The notes under the pieces: generated by a model
What the model saw: only the letters and a program-made list of their open reading frames with translations
Databases searched by the model: none
Told to the model about the DNA's origin: nothing
Position numbers and translations under genes: made by a program
Part shown: piece by piece, positions 39,390 to 51,736 of the stretch
Numbering within the stretch: the first letter of the stretch is position 1
How the letters are laid out: the number at the start of each line of letters is the position of its first letter
From: Octopus sinensis
Taxonomy: Eukaryota
Assembly: GCF_006345805.1 (NCBI RefSeq)
Contig: NC_042999.1
Location: 10,416,001-10,480,000, forward strand
Length of the DNA stretch: 64,000 nt
Reading direction: 5' to 3'

Positions 39390-39438
39390 CTTTGAGGAAA
39401 CACAAACAAAACAGAGAAAAAAGGAGAAAATAATTCAT
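39390..39438 (-). CDS. Same gene, exon 1 (signal peptide)
   Basis: ATG...MNYFLLFSLFCLCFLK followed by a G|GTGAGT consensus donor, phase 1. The split G+TT codon gives Val in frame with exon 2. Confidence 0.7.
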
Positions 39439-39751
39439 ATCTCGACAATTATTGATTGACTTTTTGGTTAAAAATAAATAAATGATTAAAAAATTATTTT
39501 CTCCAAGAAATTTGAGATTTCTTTTGTTGATTAAATAAGTCCAGGATTTCCTTTTTGTCTTGAATATTTTATCGATATTAAATCCTTATCTAAAGATGAG
39601 CAGGGATGCCTATGCATCTGTTATTTCAATGACAAATACTTAGTTTGTTTTCTAAAAGATCATCACACATTCTTCTTTGAAACTTTATACACACACACCA
39701 CACATATACATACATACACACATATGTTATATATACATACATACATATATA

Positions 39752-39805
<54 letters not shown>

Positions 39806-39806
39806 G

Positions 39807-39865
<59 letters not shown>

Positions 39866-42036
39866 ATGTATGAACATATATGCACTTTCAGATATACACA
39901 CACACAAACACACATGCACAACACACACACATACACACAAAGGAAACAGTGAGACATTGAATGGATTTTGTCACCGAAATCACTTGATTCGTTGTCTTCC
40001 TCACATGACTAAACACACCACTTGTGATTCTCGTGTTTACTTTTTGATTCAAGTATCCGGTTACCCCCATGTCAGCCTTCTACTGTTCAAAGCTGACTGA
40101 AAAGAAAGCCTTCTTGAAACCAAATAGTCTCAAATACAATTGATACTTTTCTATTTTTTCTTTAACTCATTATCAAAGCCTTTGTTTTGCTTTTTCTTTT
40201 GTTTTGTTGTTTTCTTCTTTGTAATAAATTCCAGAACAAAACAGACTTTGTATTCAGCTTCAACAAAGTTGATTTGATATTCTATGATTTTTTTTTTTGA
40301 TATTCTATTTGATTATTTATTGCATTATTTTTCAAACTGAATTGTTTTATTATCCTCTCTGTTCTATTTGAAGATAATAAAAGCTGGGTCTTTGTCCCAC
40401 AATTGTTACATTTCTGATTTACTTCACACCTTTTGATTCTTTTGACACCAAACCATCTTGAAACACTCTTCCTTCTACAATACAAATGCAGTGTTAAAAT
40501 AAGCCAACTTAAAAACCCTCCACCAAAATTTCATGTTCGCAGCCTTCTGGCTTCCCAGGCCCCAGTTGAACCGTCCAACCCATGCCAGCATGGAAAACGG
40601 ACGTTAAACGATGATGATGATGATGATGATGATGTTCAGACCATCAACTTAACAGTGACAACATTATTTCACTAAATTCTTCAGGATTTCCAAACTTAAC
40701 TGAAATAAAGGCTGTCTATTTCACCTGAAATATGGTAACAGAACAGTTAAAGCAGAGCAAGATGGCACTGAAGGCTTAGGAAACCCGTTGAAGTCTATGG
40801 TAAATTTACAAGTGCAAAAGAACCGCTATTCCTGTGCCCCCCCCCCAATCAACATGTCTACCGTGTCAACATTATTGTCCAGCTGCTCCTCACCCCCTCA
40901 GGTGAGGAGCAGATAGCCCTTCCACCCTTATCCCCCATCCACTACATCCATTCTGTGACACTTGCTCATCATTCCTTATATTGTTAAACACACACACACA
41001 GCAGTCCAACACATACCAGCATGGAAAATGGACATTAAATTCATCCGTTAACACATTTCCCATACATTCATGTAACCTCGACCCACCCACACTCCTGGTT
41101 CCTCTGTCCCCACTTAGTAGTGGGGACAGAAGAACCATTGAGCGTCCTTCCAGATCCCTCATCACCACTAATTTTACCCCTTCCTAGCTTCACCCAATCA
41201 CAACCACCCATCTTCACTTCTAAAATGTGAGGAGACGTTTAGCTCCCTCTACAGTAAGAAACTTGATCTCTTCTGGCCCCTTCCTTCATACTTTAACCCC
41301 TCATTTCCAAGCATAAAGCAAAACTCTCTAAGGGTTTGTAGTCTTACAAGCTGCACTGTGACCCCCATCAATGCTGGTGGCACAAAAAGAAGCCTCTAAT
41401 CCATGCTGTAGAGTGGTTGGTATCAGGAAGAGCATCCAGCTGTAAAAACCATACCAAAGGCATTGGAGCCCAATGCAGTTCTTGGACCACTTGCTTGCAT
41501 GGACCATGGGCATTAAAAGATGATGATGATGATGACACTGGGGCTGAACCTGAGACCAACCCCTCAAATAGATTTGAGTCTGGTTATTTATATGTAAATT
41601 TACTAAAATCTGTGGTACTAATAGTGTTTTGCTTTAACATTGTCGCCTTGAAGACTGGCTGTCCATGGAAACACCTGTGCCCCAGTGACTTAGTTAATTG
41701 ACATAGCTGAACAGAAGAAAACTTCCATACATGGAAGCAGGGTCAAGAGGCCTAAAAATGAATTTAGTGAAAATGAGTCTCAGCTGAACAGAAACTAAAA
41801 GACAACTACTTAATATCGAGCGACCATATTTGGTTAATAGAAAGGGAATGGATGTACTGGGTAGTAATTATAACCACGGGTATGTAAAGAGCACTGTGAG
41901 ATTATGGGTAGACGACAGAGAAGGATTTCATATTTGCTAGAAAAGTTAGCTGCAAGAAGACCCAAGAATGCAAAAGCTTAATTGACCGGTAGACTCATTA
42001 GATATGTTAGACACGTTAGAACAATGATTGTAAACA

Positions 42037-42410
42037 TCTCAATATATATAAACAGCAAAATGTCTGTCTGTGTGTGTGTGTGTGTCCTTTATACAAATCC
42101 ACAATTTTTCAGTTAGAGGGCTCGCACTTTCTATGGTCATTCAAAACCGTCCAAGGATGGTCGTGCTCATCTTTACATTTCCCCAGTCACCCCGCAAAGC
42201 CATTAATAAATCAATAGAAGTGACATTTTTGTGAATTTTCTATCCCAAACCCAATCAAAATGCCTGAAACTTGATACGCCAATTGAAAGCTTGCTAGCTG
42301 TATGTGATTGGTCGGAGATTAGGACAGTACTCGCGTGTATGTGCGCACGCACGCAGCTGTATATGCATGCACTATCACTATGACCCGGTGTTGCTGGGTC
42401 ATAGTGCTAG
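42037..42410 (+). mobile_element. Non-autonomous Helitron
   Basis: A|TC 5' end (42037), subterminal hairpin cactatgacccgg/ctgggtcatagtg (42376-42406), CTAG|T 3' end, no TSD. Confidence 0.75.
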
Positions 42411-43097
42411 TGTACACTACAATGGGTACCGAGATCCAAGTGTGCATTTTTAAAACTATTAAGGCTTAAGAAAAATCTCTCAATATACTTGGAAGGCTTG
42501 AAAATTTTTTATTCCTAATTTCATGCTAGCATGGAAGACGGACATTAAACAATGATGATGATGATGACTGTTATTCCTAATTTCATAATTCACAAGGTTA
42601 GAATTAATTGTAGTTTGTTACCCTGATGAGTTAATGAGCTGTAGAGGTGGATATTGTGAGGGCATAGAGTATGGAGGGAACAGAAAAAGTTCAGGGAGCC
42701 ATTGCTGTGAGCAACGATATCTGTCTACAGGAGTGAAACGGGTCACGAATATGGAGGGAAAGATTGGAAAGAATGTGGCAAGCATTCTCTGCTGAATGTT
42801 TGATGCCAGATTGCTCAAAATATAGAACACAACTGTGATGAGAGAACAGGGTCTCAGCAGTATAAGCTGGAGGAATACAAGACCTTAGATGAAAGGGGTA
42901 CTGGAAGACCGAAGAAGACGTAGGCAGGATTGATGAGGATGATGTTAGGATGCAGAGCCTCACTAACGAACAAGATGAAAGTGAGCTGCAGCAGCACTCA
43001 TGACGGCAGAGGAAAGTGGACGTAAATCAATGAAATATTGTTTTTTAATTGGTAGGTCTACGGATTGGATAATTGCCTTAACTTTTATCCTTTGTGC

Positions 43098-43515
43098 ATC
43101 TTTTTGGTTTGACCGGCAATTTTTTAAAATAATTTCCACGTAACTAAACACTTTTAAACTTCGTATACTGGTCGAATGTGTTTATAAAACATCTTTTTCT
43201 CTTGGCTTTATTGAAAAAATTCTATAGTTTGCAAGATATTTGTTGTTGTTTTTTTCTTCAATTCCTGCAATTTCAACCAATCAATGACATCTATTGAGGT
43301 GAAAACATTCTGTGCCGTATGAATATGTCCCTCGTTTAAGAAACAGATTGGGTTTATTTACATTTCTGAAGAAAAAAAAGATACCCTTGCCCCCGACCAC
43401 TAGCCCTAACCCTAAAACATTGAAATGCAATAGATCGACACTAGGGTCATAATTATGGGTGACAATTTCATATGGCACCGCTAGAAAAAACTGCCGGTCA
43501 AACCGAAAAGATTCT
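43098..43515. mobile_element. MITE with ~27-bp TIRs
   Basis: atctttttggtttgaccggcaattttt ... aaaaaactgccggtcaaaccgaaaagat. Confidence 0.7.
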
Positions 43516-43819
43516 CCTTTGTTACCTAAATGCTTTTTTAAAAATAAAAACATTTAACATGTAGTTAATGTCGAAATACAAGAATTTAGTATCAAAAAGA
43601 ACGTATAAAAAGTGAAATTGTTAGGTGAAAAACGAAACTAATATTTTGCCAAACGAGTTACAAGCAAATGTATTTTCTTTTCTATGGCTAAATTGAGTAA
43701 AATGAAAGAGGAAGGAGAAAGATGTTTTTCTATATTAATATAACATAATATATTCTATCACATAATTATATATTTAAAATTATCGAAATGAATAAACAGT
43801 GTCCAAGACACTAAATTTA

Positions 43820-43964
43820 AAGGGAGGGGCGATAACCCTTATAGGCAGAAGAGTTCTATTTCCGTTTCCCATAATTCTACATCCGGTACAGGAACACCCG
43901 GTTTTGTTCAGATCCTTTTTTTTTCCTTAAACGTGTTTTCTTCTAATTTCACATATTCCGATCT
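43820..43964 (+). promoter_or_regulatory. Probable SF3A2 promoter and non-coding first exon
   Basis: Locally CpG-richer, with a TTCCCATAAT ZNF143/Staf-like motif near 43866 and a T|GTAAGT donor at 43965. The ATG exon begins with an acceptor at 46709, so an upstream UTR exon is needed. Inference. Confidence 0.45.
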
Positions 43965-44802
43965 GTAAGTATCTTTTGATCCCAATTTTAATTGTTTTTT
44001 TCATTTTAAAAGTGTTAATTATTCCCTGTAAATTAATAAACTTACATAATTAGCCACAGTTCTGTTAATTTGGATGATTAAAAAACTCTTCGGAGTTTGT
44101 CATAAGGAAACCCGCTTTTTTGGTGTTAATTAGTTTAAATATTTACAATTATTAGTTTTAAACGGAATCAAAGCCTCCCATGCGGTTATAATTATTATTT
44201 CTGTGACCTGAGTGTGGTCTATTAATTCTTATTAATTAATGTTTAATCCGATCGGAGTCCGTTTGGAATAAGATTTAGTAATCCTTGCTACCAACTTTAT
44301 GTCTTTCCCCCTCTTGACTTCTATTCTATTTCTCTACATCGATCTTGACTGACCCCTGATCTGTAATTATAGTCCATACTGTCTGTCTCCCACACCCCAT
44401 CAAACACACACACACATGTACATCAATGCTTCACATGCACGGTAACTTCAAAAGAACTTCCCTCGTCATACAATCACTTTCTCTTAGTCTCTTTCGCTCT
44501 CATTACTTCAAAAGTTCCCGCAAGCCCATATGTAAAAAAAAAAATTTTTTTACGGAAATCGACGGAAAGGTCTACTAGAGACGAAAGATTGCCTTATAGT
44601 CTTTCTATTGTGATCGATTAGAAATGTCTTGTTCTATTTCTGCAGTCGGTTTTTACATAACTCCATCTCTCTCTCTCTCATCTGATTCTGTTGACGCAAA
44701 AGGAAATCCAGCCAGAAGACTCCAAGACAAACATGAACAGCATCGAATTTTCTAAACAAACCAGGAAAACTGTCTTCTAAATATTTAAAATATAAACTGA
44801 GT

Positions 44803-45621
44803 GACATAATTACAGATGTGGCCCCCACCCCCGACTTTGTTGCCTCATAACATCCAGAAAGATGGATACATTTTAAGGAAATTTTCAACAAATACCGCTT
44901 AGATGCTGTGGATTCAGAGTAAATGGGTATTAAACGAATTGCGCCAAGGAAAACCATTTTCCGCACAGATTTCTTTATAATCATAATATATGCCATTTGA
45001 AACATGTGAGAGTAAAAACAAGGTGGTTTGGGATGTGCTAGAAACAACAGCAAAATCTTCCTTCAATCATATACCTTTTCCTCTGAAAATATTTACAATT
45101 TACATGGTTTTTAAGTTTAAAAAAATTGGCCGAAATTTGTCCAGAGTGGGATGGTAAGGAATGGCCGGAGGAAAAATTTCAAACCTTTGTATTTTTATAA
45201 AAAGGTGGCCCCTCATCATTTTGAAGTCTGGTGAAATAAAAAAAATTAGGAAAATGCTTGTCAGAACGAAGTAATTCCAACTTATTTGGTCTTACTGATC
45301 CGAAATTCCTTTCCCCACCCCCTCGGTAAACATTTTCTCCACAAATTTCTTTATAATCGCATTCTATGCCATTTGAAAAGTATTTGTATAAAATTTCATT
45401 AAAAGATATCCATTTTCCTGAAAAGTAAAAAAGTTGGATCATGTGAATTTTCCGAAACTCCTCTCCCCACCCTCTTGGGAAATTTTATCCCCTAAATCCC
45501 TATATACTCTGAATTCACAGCATCTAAGCAGTCTTCGTTGAAAATTTCATGAAAAAGTATTCATTTTTCTGGACGTTATGAGGCAACAAAGCCGTTGGGG
45601 CACACATCTGTAGTTATGCCA
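44803..45621. mobile_element. Foldback/MITE with ~120-bp imperfect TIRs
   Basis: cataattacagatgtg...gcttagatgctgtggattcagagta is inverted at tactctgaattcacagcatctaagc...cacatctgtagttatg. Confidence 0.7.
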
Positions 45622-46724
45622 AATAAGTAACTCTGAAACTATATCTGGCCTAACTACCTTGCCATGATCACTCTTGTGTAGGTATGCCTTGTATGGATGT
45701 AGCATAGGTTAAGAGTTCACTTTGCAATCACAATTTATCAAGGTAGATCCTACCTATCCTAATGGGGTACTCTCAAAGTCCTCAGGGAAGTTGAGTAGAC
45801 ACAGGGACTACGCGGAAAACCCTTGAATGAATTGTATCCAAGTGAAATATCCAACCTTGTCCTATTGCATCACAATGGTTCTAACTGAGAATTACTGTAA
45901 AGGGTAAATGGGAGGGGGTTTGGGATGTGCTAGAAACAACAGCCAAACCTCCCTTGAATTGTACACCTTTTCCTCTGAAAATATTTACTTTATTTTTTTG
46001 TTTTAACACACACCATCATCATCATCATCATCGTCATTTAATGTTTGTTTTCCATGTTGGCATGGGTTGGATGGTTTGACAGGAACTGGTTAGACCAGGG
46101 ACCACACCAGGCTCCATTATCTGTCCTGGCATGGTTTCTACAGCTGGATGCCCTTCCTTATGCCAACCACTTTACAAAGTTTCTTGACACCAGCACTGGT
46201 TTCAATTCTGCTCTGGTGCACAGATCTTCTTGAGTACAGCAAGGCTCCAGATATGTTGTAATTCACGACATTCTTTGCTCAATGTTACTTGATCTGCTTC
46301 AATGTATTCTTCTCTCCTCCCTACCATGTTGCTCTCCTAATTTTAGCTGATGCCAGTGCCGCCTTGACTGGCTTCCGTGCCGGTGGCACGTTAAAAGCAC
46401 CAACCGATCGTGGCCGATGCCAGACCCTCTTGGCACCTGTGCAGGTGGCACGTAAAAAGCACCCACTACACTCGCGGAGTGGTTGGCGTTAGGAAGGGCA
46501 TCCAGCTGTAGAAACACTGCCAGATCAGACTAGAGCCTGGTGCAGTCTCCTGGCTTCCCAGACCCCGGTCAAACCGTCCAACCCGTGCTAGCGCGGAAAA
46601 CGGACGTTAAACGATGATGATGATGAATTTTGTATACAATTTTATGACTGTTTTTTATTGTTGCTTTGTCTTTTGATCAATTTGATTGATTTTTTTTTTT
46701 CTTTTTCAGACACATTGAATAATT

Positions 46725-46850
46725 ATGGATTTGCAACACCGACCTGGTGGTAAGACTGGTTCTGGAGGGTTGGCATCTGCTTCAGAAACCAACCTCGACC
46801 GGCGAGAGCGAATGCGACAGTTGGCCTTGGAGACCATTAATTTAAATAAG
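46725..46850 (+). CDS. SF3A2: Splicing factor 3A subunit 2 (SAP62/Prp11), first coding exon
   Basis: MDLQHRPGGKTGSGGLASASETNLDRRERMRQLALETINLNK; acceptor at 46709, gtaag donor. Confidence 0.96.
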
Positions 46851-48011
46851 GTAAGAAAATATCCCACAGAAATCTATTTTTCCTCTTCATTTGCTCTGCC
46901 AGAATTTGGTACAGAATTTAGACAGAGTTGAAGATTTGGAACTTCAGATTGTGCAACTCGGTTTTATTCTAGCAAAAATTGGTTCCTTCCTATTCCATAG
47001 TCAAATAATTAACACCACAAAAGTCATTTCGTGACCATCACCATTGTTTTAATCCCTGCTTTCCCATACTTGTACGGATCAAATGGAATTTGTTGAGGCA
47101 AATTTCCTGTGACTGGCTCATGCCCTTTCTTTCAGCTGTTTCACCTGTGCAGGTAATATTCCCCACAACCAGACGTATTTCCATGAAAGATTGGAAACGA
47201 AGAACACTGCTTGTATGAGGACGTTTATGTACAGCAATCACCCAACCACAAATACATACACACACTTTCTCTGTCTCTCTCATATATACAATGGGCTTCT
47301 TTCAGTTTCTGTCCCCTAAATCCACTTCTAAGGCTTTGGTCAGCCCAAGGTTGTTTCCCTGATATACACTTCTTGTTTTAAACCAATCTACATTAAAAGT
47401 TTCCAACAAAATTTCAAGTTAATTTATCATCAAACTCGAGTTTGATAACAAGAGTTATTTAATAAGTTCTTTACTTTCACAATTAATTCAAAGCACAACT
47501 GTATTTCAACAAAAATAGGGTAACAAAAAGGGTTAAATGCGGTCATCTCTTCTTATTACCTAATCTTTTTCTGAAAAATAGGAATATAAAATAAGGGATA
47601 TTTTTATCTGTCTGCTCTGTAGGTTTACAGCTACGGTACCCTATGTTGATCCTGTGTGTGGGATGGGTTGCCTGTTGCTAAAACCTCCCATATTAAGAGT
47701 TGAGCATATTGATTGGTTAGTTTTCTCTGCAGTTTCTGGATTTGATGTGTTTTCATGCAGAATGGCTGCTTCTTTCTCTGGGATTCATCAAATGGTGTAG
47801 ACGCTTCTCATATGACCCCCAGTAAGGGTAAAAAATTAAGGTTGTTTGTAGTAGCCTTCAATCCACACTGAGACGTCTGTCTGTTTGTCTACCTATAACG
47901 GTTTATGTATTTATTCCAGACAATTCAACTTTAAAAGTGAATTTTTTTTTCTTTTTCTTGAATGTATTTAAATGGGAAAACTAATTTTTGTTTGTTTTTG
48001 CTTCTTTTCAG

Positions 48012-48083
48012 GACCCTTATTTTATGAAAAATCATTTGGGATCTTATGAATGTAAATTATGTTTGACATTACACAACAATGAG
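48012..48083 (+). CDS. SF3A2: SF3A2 exon (72 bp), start of the U1C-type zinc finger
   Basis: DPYFMKNHLGSYECKLCLTLHNNE; AG/GT boundaries. Confidence 0.96.
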
Positions 48084-49184
48084 GTAAATCTTTCCGACTG
48101 TTTCTCTCGCAATCTCTATTTTGTGTTCCTTAAGAAACATTTGATGAAGATGCCAACTGCTTCCCTTGGCTCTTTGACACACATTGATTTGGAATCTAAA
48201 AGCCTTAGCACCAACCTTTCGGTTGATCTACAAAGTCAGAGGCTTTAGGTACCTTTCGTTGCTCATCTCCTGTATTTTTGTTAGGTTTCTGACCCAAATA
48301 CTATATTCCGCTGTTTACATGTGGTGGCAGGGCCCTTTTTTTTTTTTTTGCTTTTGAAAACTGTTCTTAAAAGAGGACTAAATGTTCAACATAAGAAATG
48401 GTTTTCATCCAACCCTTCTTGAATGGAATGAAAGAAAATATCAATACATTATCTATGGAAAGTATTTTATAAGTTTGGCTTTGCTGCTGCTGCTACTACT
48501 ACTACTACTAGTAGTAGTAGGTAGTATTACTGTTGCTGCTGCTTTTGCCCTGGAGTAAAATGTTGGTTTCAGATATTGGCACAAGGCCAGCAATTTCAGA
48601 AGAGAGGTTAGGTCAATTACTTTGACCCTGGTGTTCAACTGGTACCTATTTTATCGACCCCAAAAAGCTAAAAGGCAAATCAATCTCAGCAGGATTTGAA
48701 CTCAGAACGTAAAGCCAGGTGAAATGCTGCTAAGCATTTAGCTTGCTGTGCAAACAATCCTATCAGCTTGCCATTGCCACCTTCCCATATCATCATCATC
48801 ATCATCATCGTTTAGCGTCCGCTTTCCATGCTAGCATGGGTTGGACGGTTCGACTGGGGTCTGTGAAGCCAGGAGGCTGCATCAGGCTCCAGTCTGATCT
48901 GGCAGTCTTTCTACGGCTGGATGCCCTTCCTAATGCCAACCACTCCATGAGTATAGTGGGTGCTTTTTACGTGCCACCCGCACAGGTGCCAGACGGAGCT
49001 GGCAAACGGCCACGGCGAGGCTGGCAACGGCCATGGTGATGCAATTATCAATGATGATGTTAATTAAAACAATCTCAGTGAGGTAAACATTCAAACTCAT
49101 CCGTTCATTCCAAACTTGCGAATAGTCGATGATGTAGAATTTAAAACTGATAATCATCGTATATTAATTACTACTTTGTCTTAA

Positions 49185-49392
49185 CCCTTTCGTTACCAAC
49201 CCGGCTGAGACCGGTTCTGGCTCTGAGTACAAAAGTCTTGTCTTCATAAGTGTTCCACCAAACCTTAAGTCACAATTTATGTTCCTAACACTAGCTGAAT
49301 GATAACTAAGTTATTTTACTAAATTCTTTGTTATATTTAAAGTAATTGAAAGAAACACAGAGCATCTCAACAGAAATACGGTAACGAAAGGG
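49185..49392. mobile_element. piggyBac-type MITE (TTAA TSD, 13-bp TIR)
   Basis: TTAA|CCCTTTCGTTACC ... GGTAACGAAAGGG|TTAA. Related copies at ~19872-20311, 23125-23355, 27606-27824, 31911-32323, 47380-47536, 54793-55211. Confidence 0.8.
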
Positions 49393-49471
49393 TTAAACTC
49401 TCTCAGCAATTTCCTTGTATCTATGAATGATGACAGCTTGAAGGGAACTTTTTGTATTTGTTTCTTTTCAG

Positions 49472-49518
49472 GGTAGCTACTTGGCCCATACTCAAGGGAA
49501 AAAGCACCAGGCCAATTT
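49472..49518 (+). CDS. SF3A2: SF3A2 exon (47 bp)
   Basis: GSYLAHTQGKKHQAN(L); gtaagt donor. Confidence 0.95.
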
Positions 49519-50569
49519 GTAAGTGTTTTTGTATTTTTATTGATTTTCTTAATCATCTCTATCGAAGTTATTATGTTTTTAATTTGGTGCTTCAATAGAC
49601 TGAGGCATAGAAACTTGTCCAACATCTCTTGTGTTTAGTTGATGTCTCTAAACTTTCTCAGTTTTACAGAATAGTTTTAAAATGACTAGATCAGGGGAGA
49701 TAATCGGTGCCCAGTGACCCTTTTCAGGGAGTCTAAGACCTTTGGGTGAGAATGGAAGAAGTTGGAGACCCCATCCAAATACTTGGAACAGATTAGACTC
49801 CACTAAAGACCATCAAGGGTCAGATGGGGATGGTTTAACCCTGCCATCCAAGAATACGAACATTCCCAAATTTCTTTTATTAGTCACTGGTTGATCCAAG
49901 ACCAAAGAAGACATTAAATAAAAAAAGAAAAAGCAGATATTACAATCTGCATTTCATTTAGTTTGTTGTGATCTATGACTAAAGAATCACCAGATTAAAG
50001 AATTTACGAGTTTGCATTGTGTAACCTTACAATCTCACTTGTCTTCATTTAATGTCCTTTTCCCATGCTGGCATGGGTTGGACGGTTTGACAGAAGCTGA
50101 TAAGGATGGGAACTGTCCAGGCTCCATTCTCTATTCCGGCAGGGTTTCTATGCTTGGATGCCCTTCCTAATGCCAACCACTTTACTGAGTGTAACTGGGT
50201 ACTTTTTATGTGGGACCAGCACTGGGTCTTTTACGTGACGCTGGCACAAGGGTTTCATTTGTGGCACTGTCTTTTATGTTTTATTGCACATATCATCATC
50301 ATCATACATCAGTTTTCTATGCTGGCATGGGTTGGATAGGATCCAGTGTACTCCAAGGCTTCTCTCCCTTTAACAACAAAAAAGGTATAGCACTTGGAAA
50401 CTGAATTAGTGTTTGCTGTTAGGTTGTCCTTAGCTGCAAAAAACAAACCCTTTTTGTGTTGATTTAGGAACAGTGAATAAATATACTTCGATCCAGTTAA
50501 GTTTTCATTCAATGAATTCTTTTTTTTCAAAACCATTTAGTAATCTTTATTCCTCTCTCAACCCCTATA

Positions 50570-50646
50570 CTTAGCTTTTGTGGACTTGGAGAAAGCCTTT
50601 GACAGGATCCCCTGATCCCTTATCTGGTGGGCGATGCAGAAACTCA
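50570..50646 (+). mobile_element. RTE RT micro-fragment
   Basis: LAFVDLEKAFDRIP*SLIWWAMQKL. Confidence 0.65.
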
Positions 50647-51145
50647 AAGTGACAGATGAAAATTGAAAATACAGTATCAATAATAAAATAATCTAATCTA
50701 ATCACCACCATCATCATCATTATCGTCGTTTAACGTTCGTCTTCCATGCTGGGTTGAATGGTTTGACAGGGGCTGGCAAGCCAAGGGATTGCACCAAGCT
50801 CAACCGTCCGTTTTTATGGTTGATTCCTTCCTGTCAACAAACTACTTTACAGATTGGACTGAGTGCTTTTTATGTGGCACCAGCACTGGCAAGGTCTGTC
50901 TTGACATAGTTTTTACAGCTGGGTGCCCTTCCTAATGCCACCCACCCCACAAAGTGGACTGGAAACTCAGGTTGTTGCGGTTTTCCTCTCTCCTGAGATT
51001 TTATATTATTTTCCATTGAAGTGTCAGATGGTAACCAGAATCTTCATTCACCAAAACTGGGTTCCACGAAACCATTTCCAAATGGTAATTCTTCAGAAAT
51101 TCTTATTTAGTTTCCATGATTAATTTCTCTTTGTTTTATTTTTAG

Positions 51146-51255
51146 GGCTCGACGTGCAGCAAAGGAGGCGAAGGATGCCCCAGCACAACCAGCGCCAGAG
51201 AAAGCCAAAGTAGAAATCAAAAAATTTGTCAAGATTGGTCGACCGGGTTACAAAG
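51146..51255 (+). CDS. SF3A2: SF3A2 exon (110 bp)
   Basis: ARRAAKEAKDAPAQPAPEKAKVEIKKFVKIGRPGYK. Confidence 0.96.
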
Positions 51256-51686
51256 GTGAGGCTCTTTTCTATTATATCTCCATTTTATTATTTCACTTTC
51301 TGTGAGCTGTAGAAGCACCTGAGCCAATTAGGAAGACTAATTAGTTTTTTTTACTGCGTCTGGTCGACTGCCTGAAGATTCTGAATGCATCCTTTTCAGA
51401 AAGTTCCAAGGCACTCATCCTACACCTCTTATTGTTAACTCTCTCTGTATTTCTCTTTTACTCTCTCTCTCTCTCTCACACACACACAACACAGTGTAAA
51501 GTGTGATTCGGAGAATTCCACATTTATATCAGCTATTGTTATAAAAATTAAATGTAAAGAGAATGTAGTTTTCAAGAAGTCGTGTAGAAAAGATGAAAGA
51601 TGTTGTTTTAAAACGAAAGTTGTGTCCTTAAAACATTAAATTGATTCTGTAATTTTTAAAAAACTTTGCTTTGTCAAATTTTTCAG

Positions 51687-51736
51687 TCACAAAACAGAGA
51701 GACCCAGAGACAATGCAACAGAGTTTATTGTTTCAG
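51687..51736 (+). CDS. SF3A2: SF3A2 exon (50 bp)
   Basis: (V)TKQRDPETMQQSLLFQ; gtgagt donor. Confidence 0.95.

Noticed and set aside
37648-40100. YI/HT/VCMY-rich ORFs, and the poly-Val and poly-Tyr ORFs at 30029 and 28887
   Set aside because: These are translations of microsatellites.
39438-43964. Shared bidirectional promoter for the Ig gene and SF3A2
   Set aside because: The genes are head to head but ~4.4 kb apart with several TEs between them, and neither TSS can be fixed from sequence alone.
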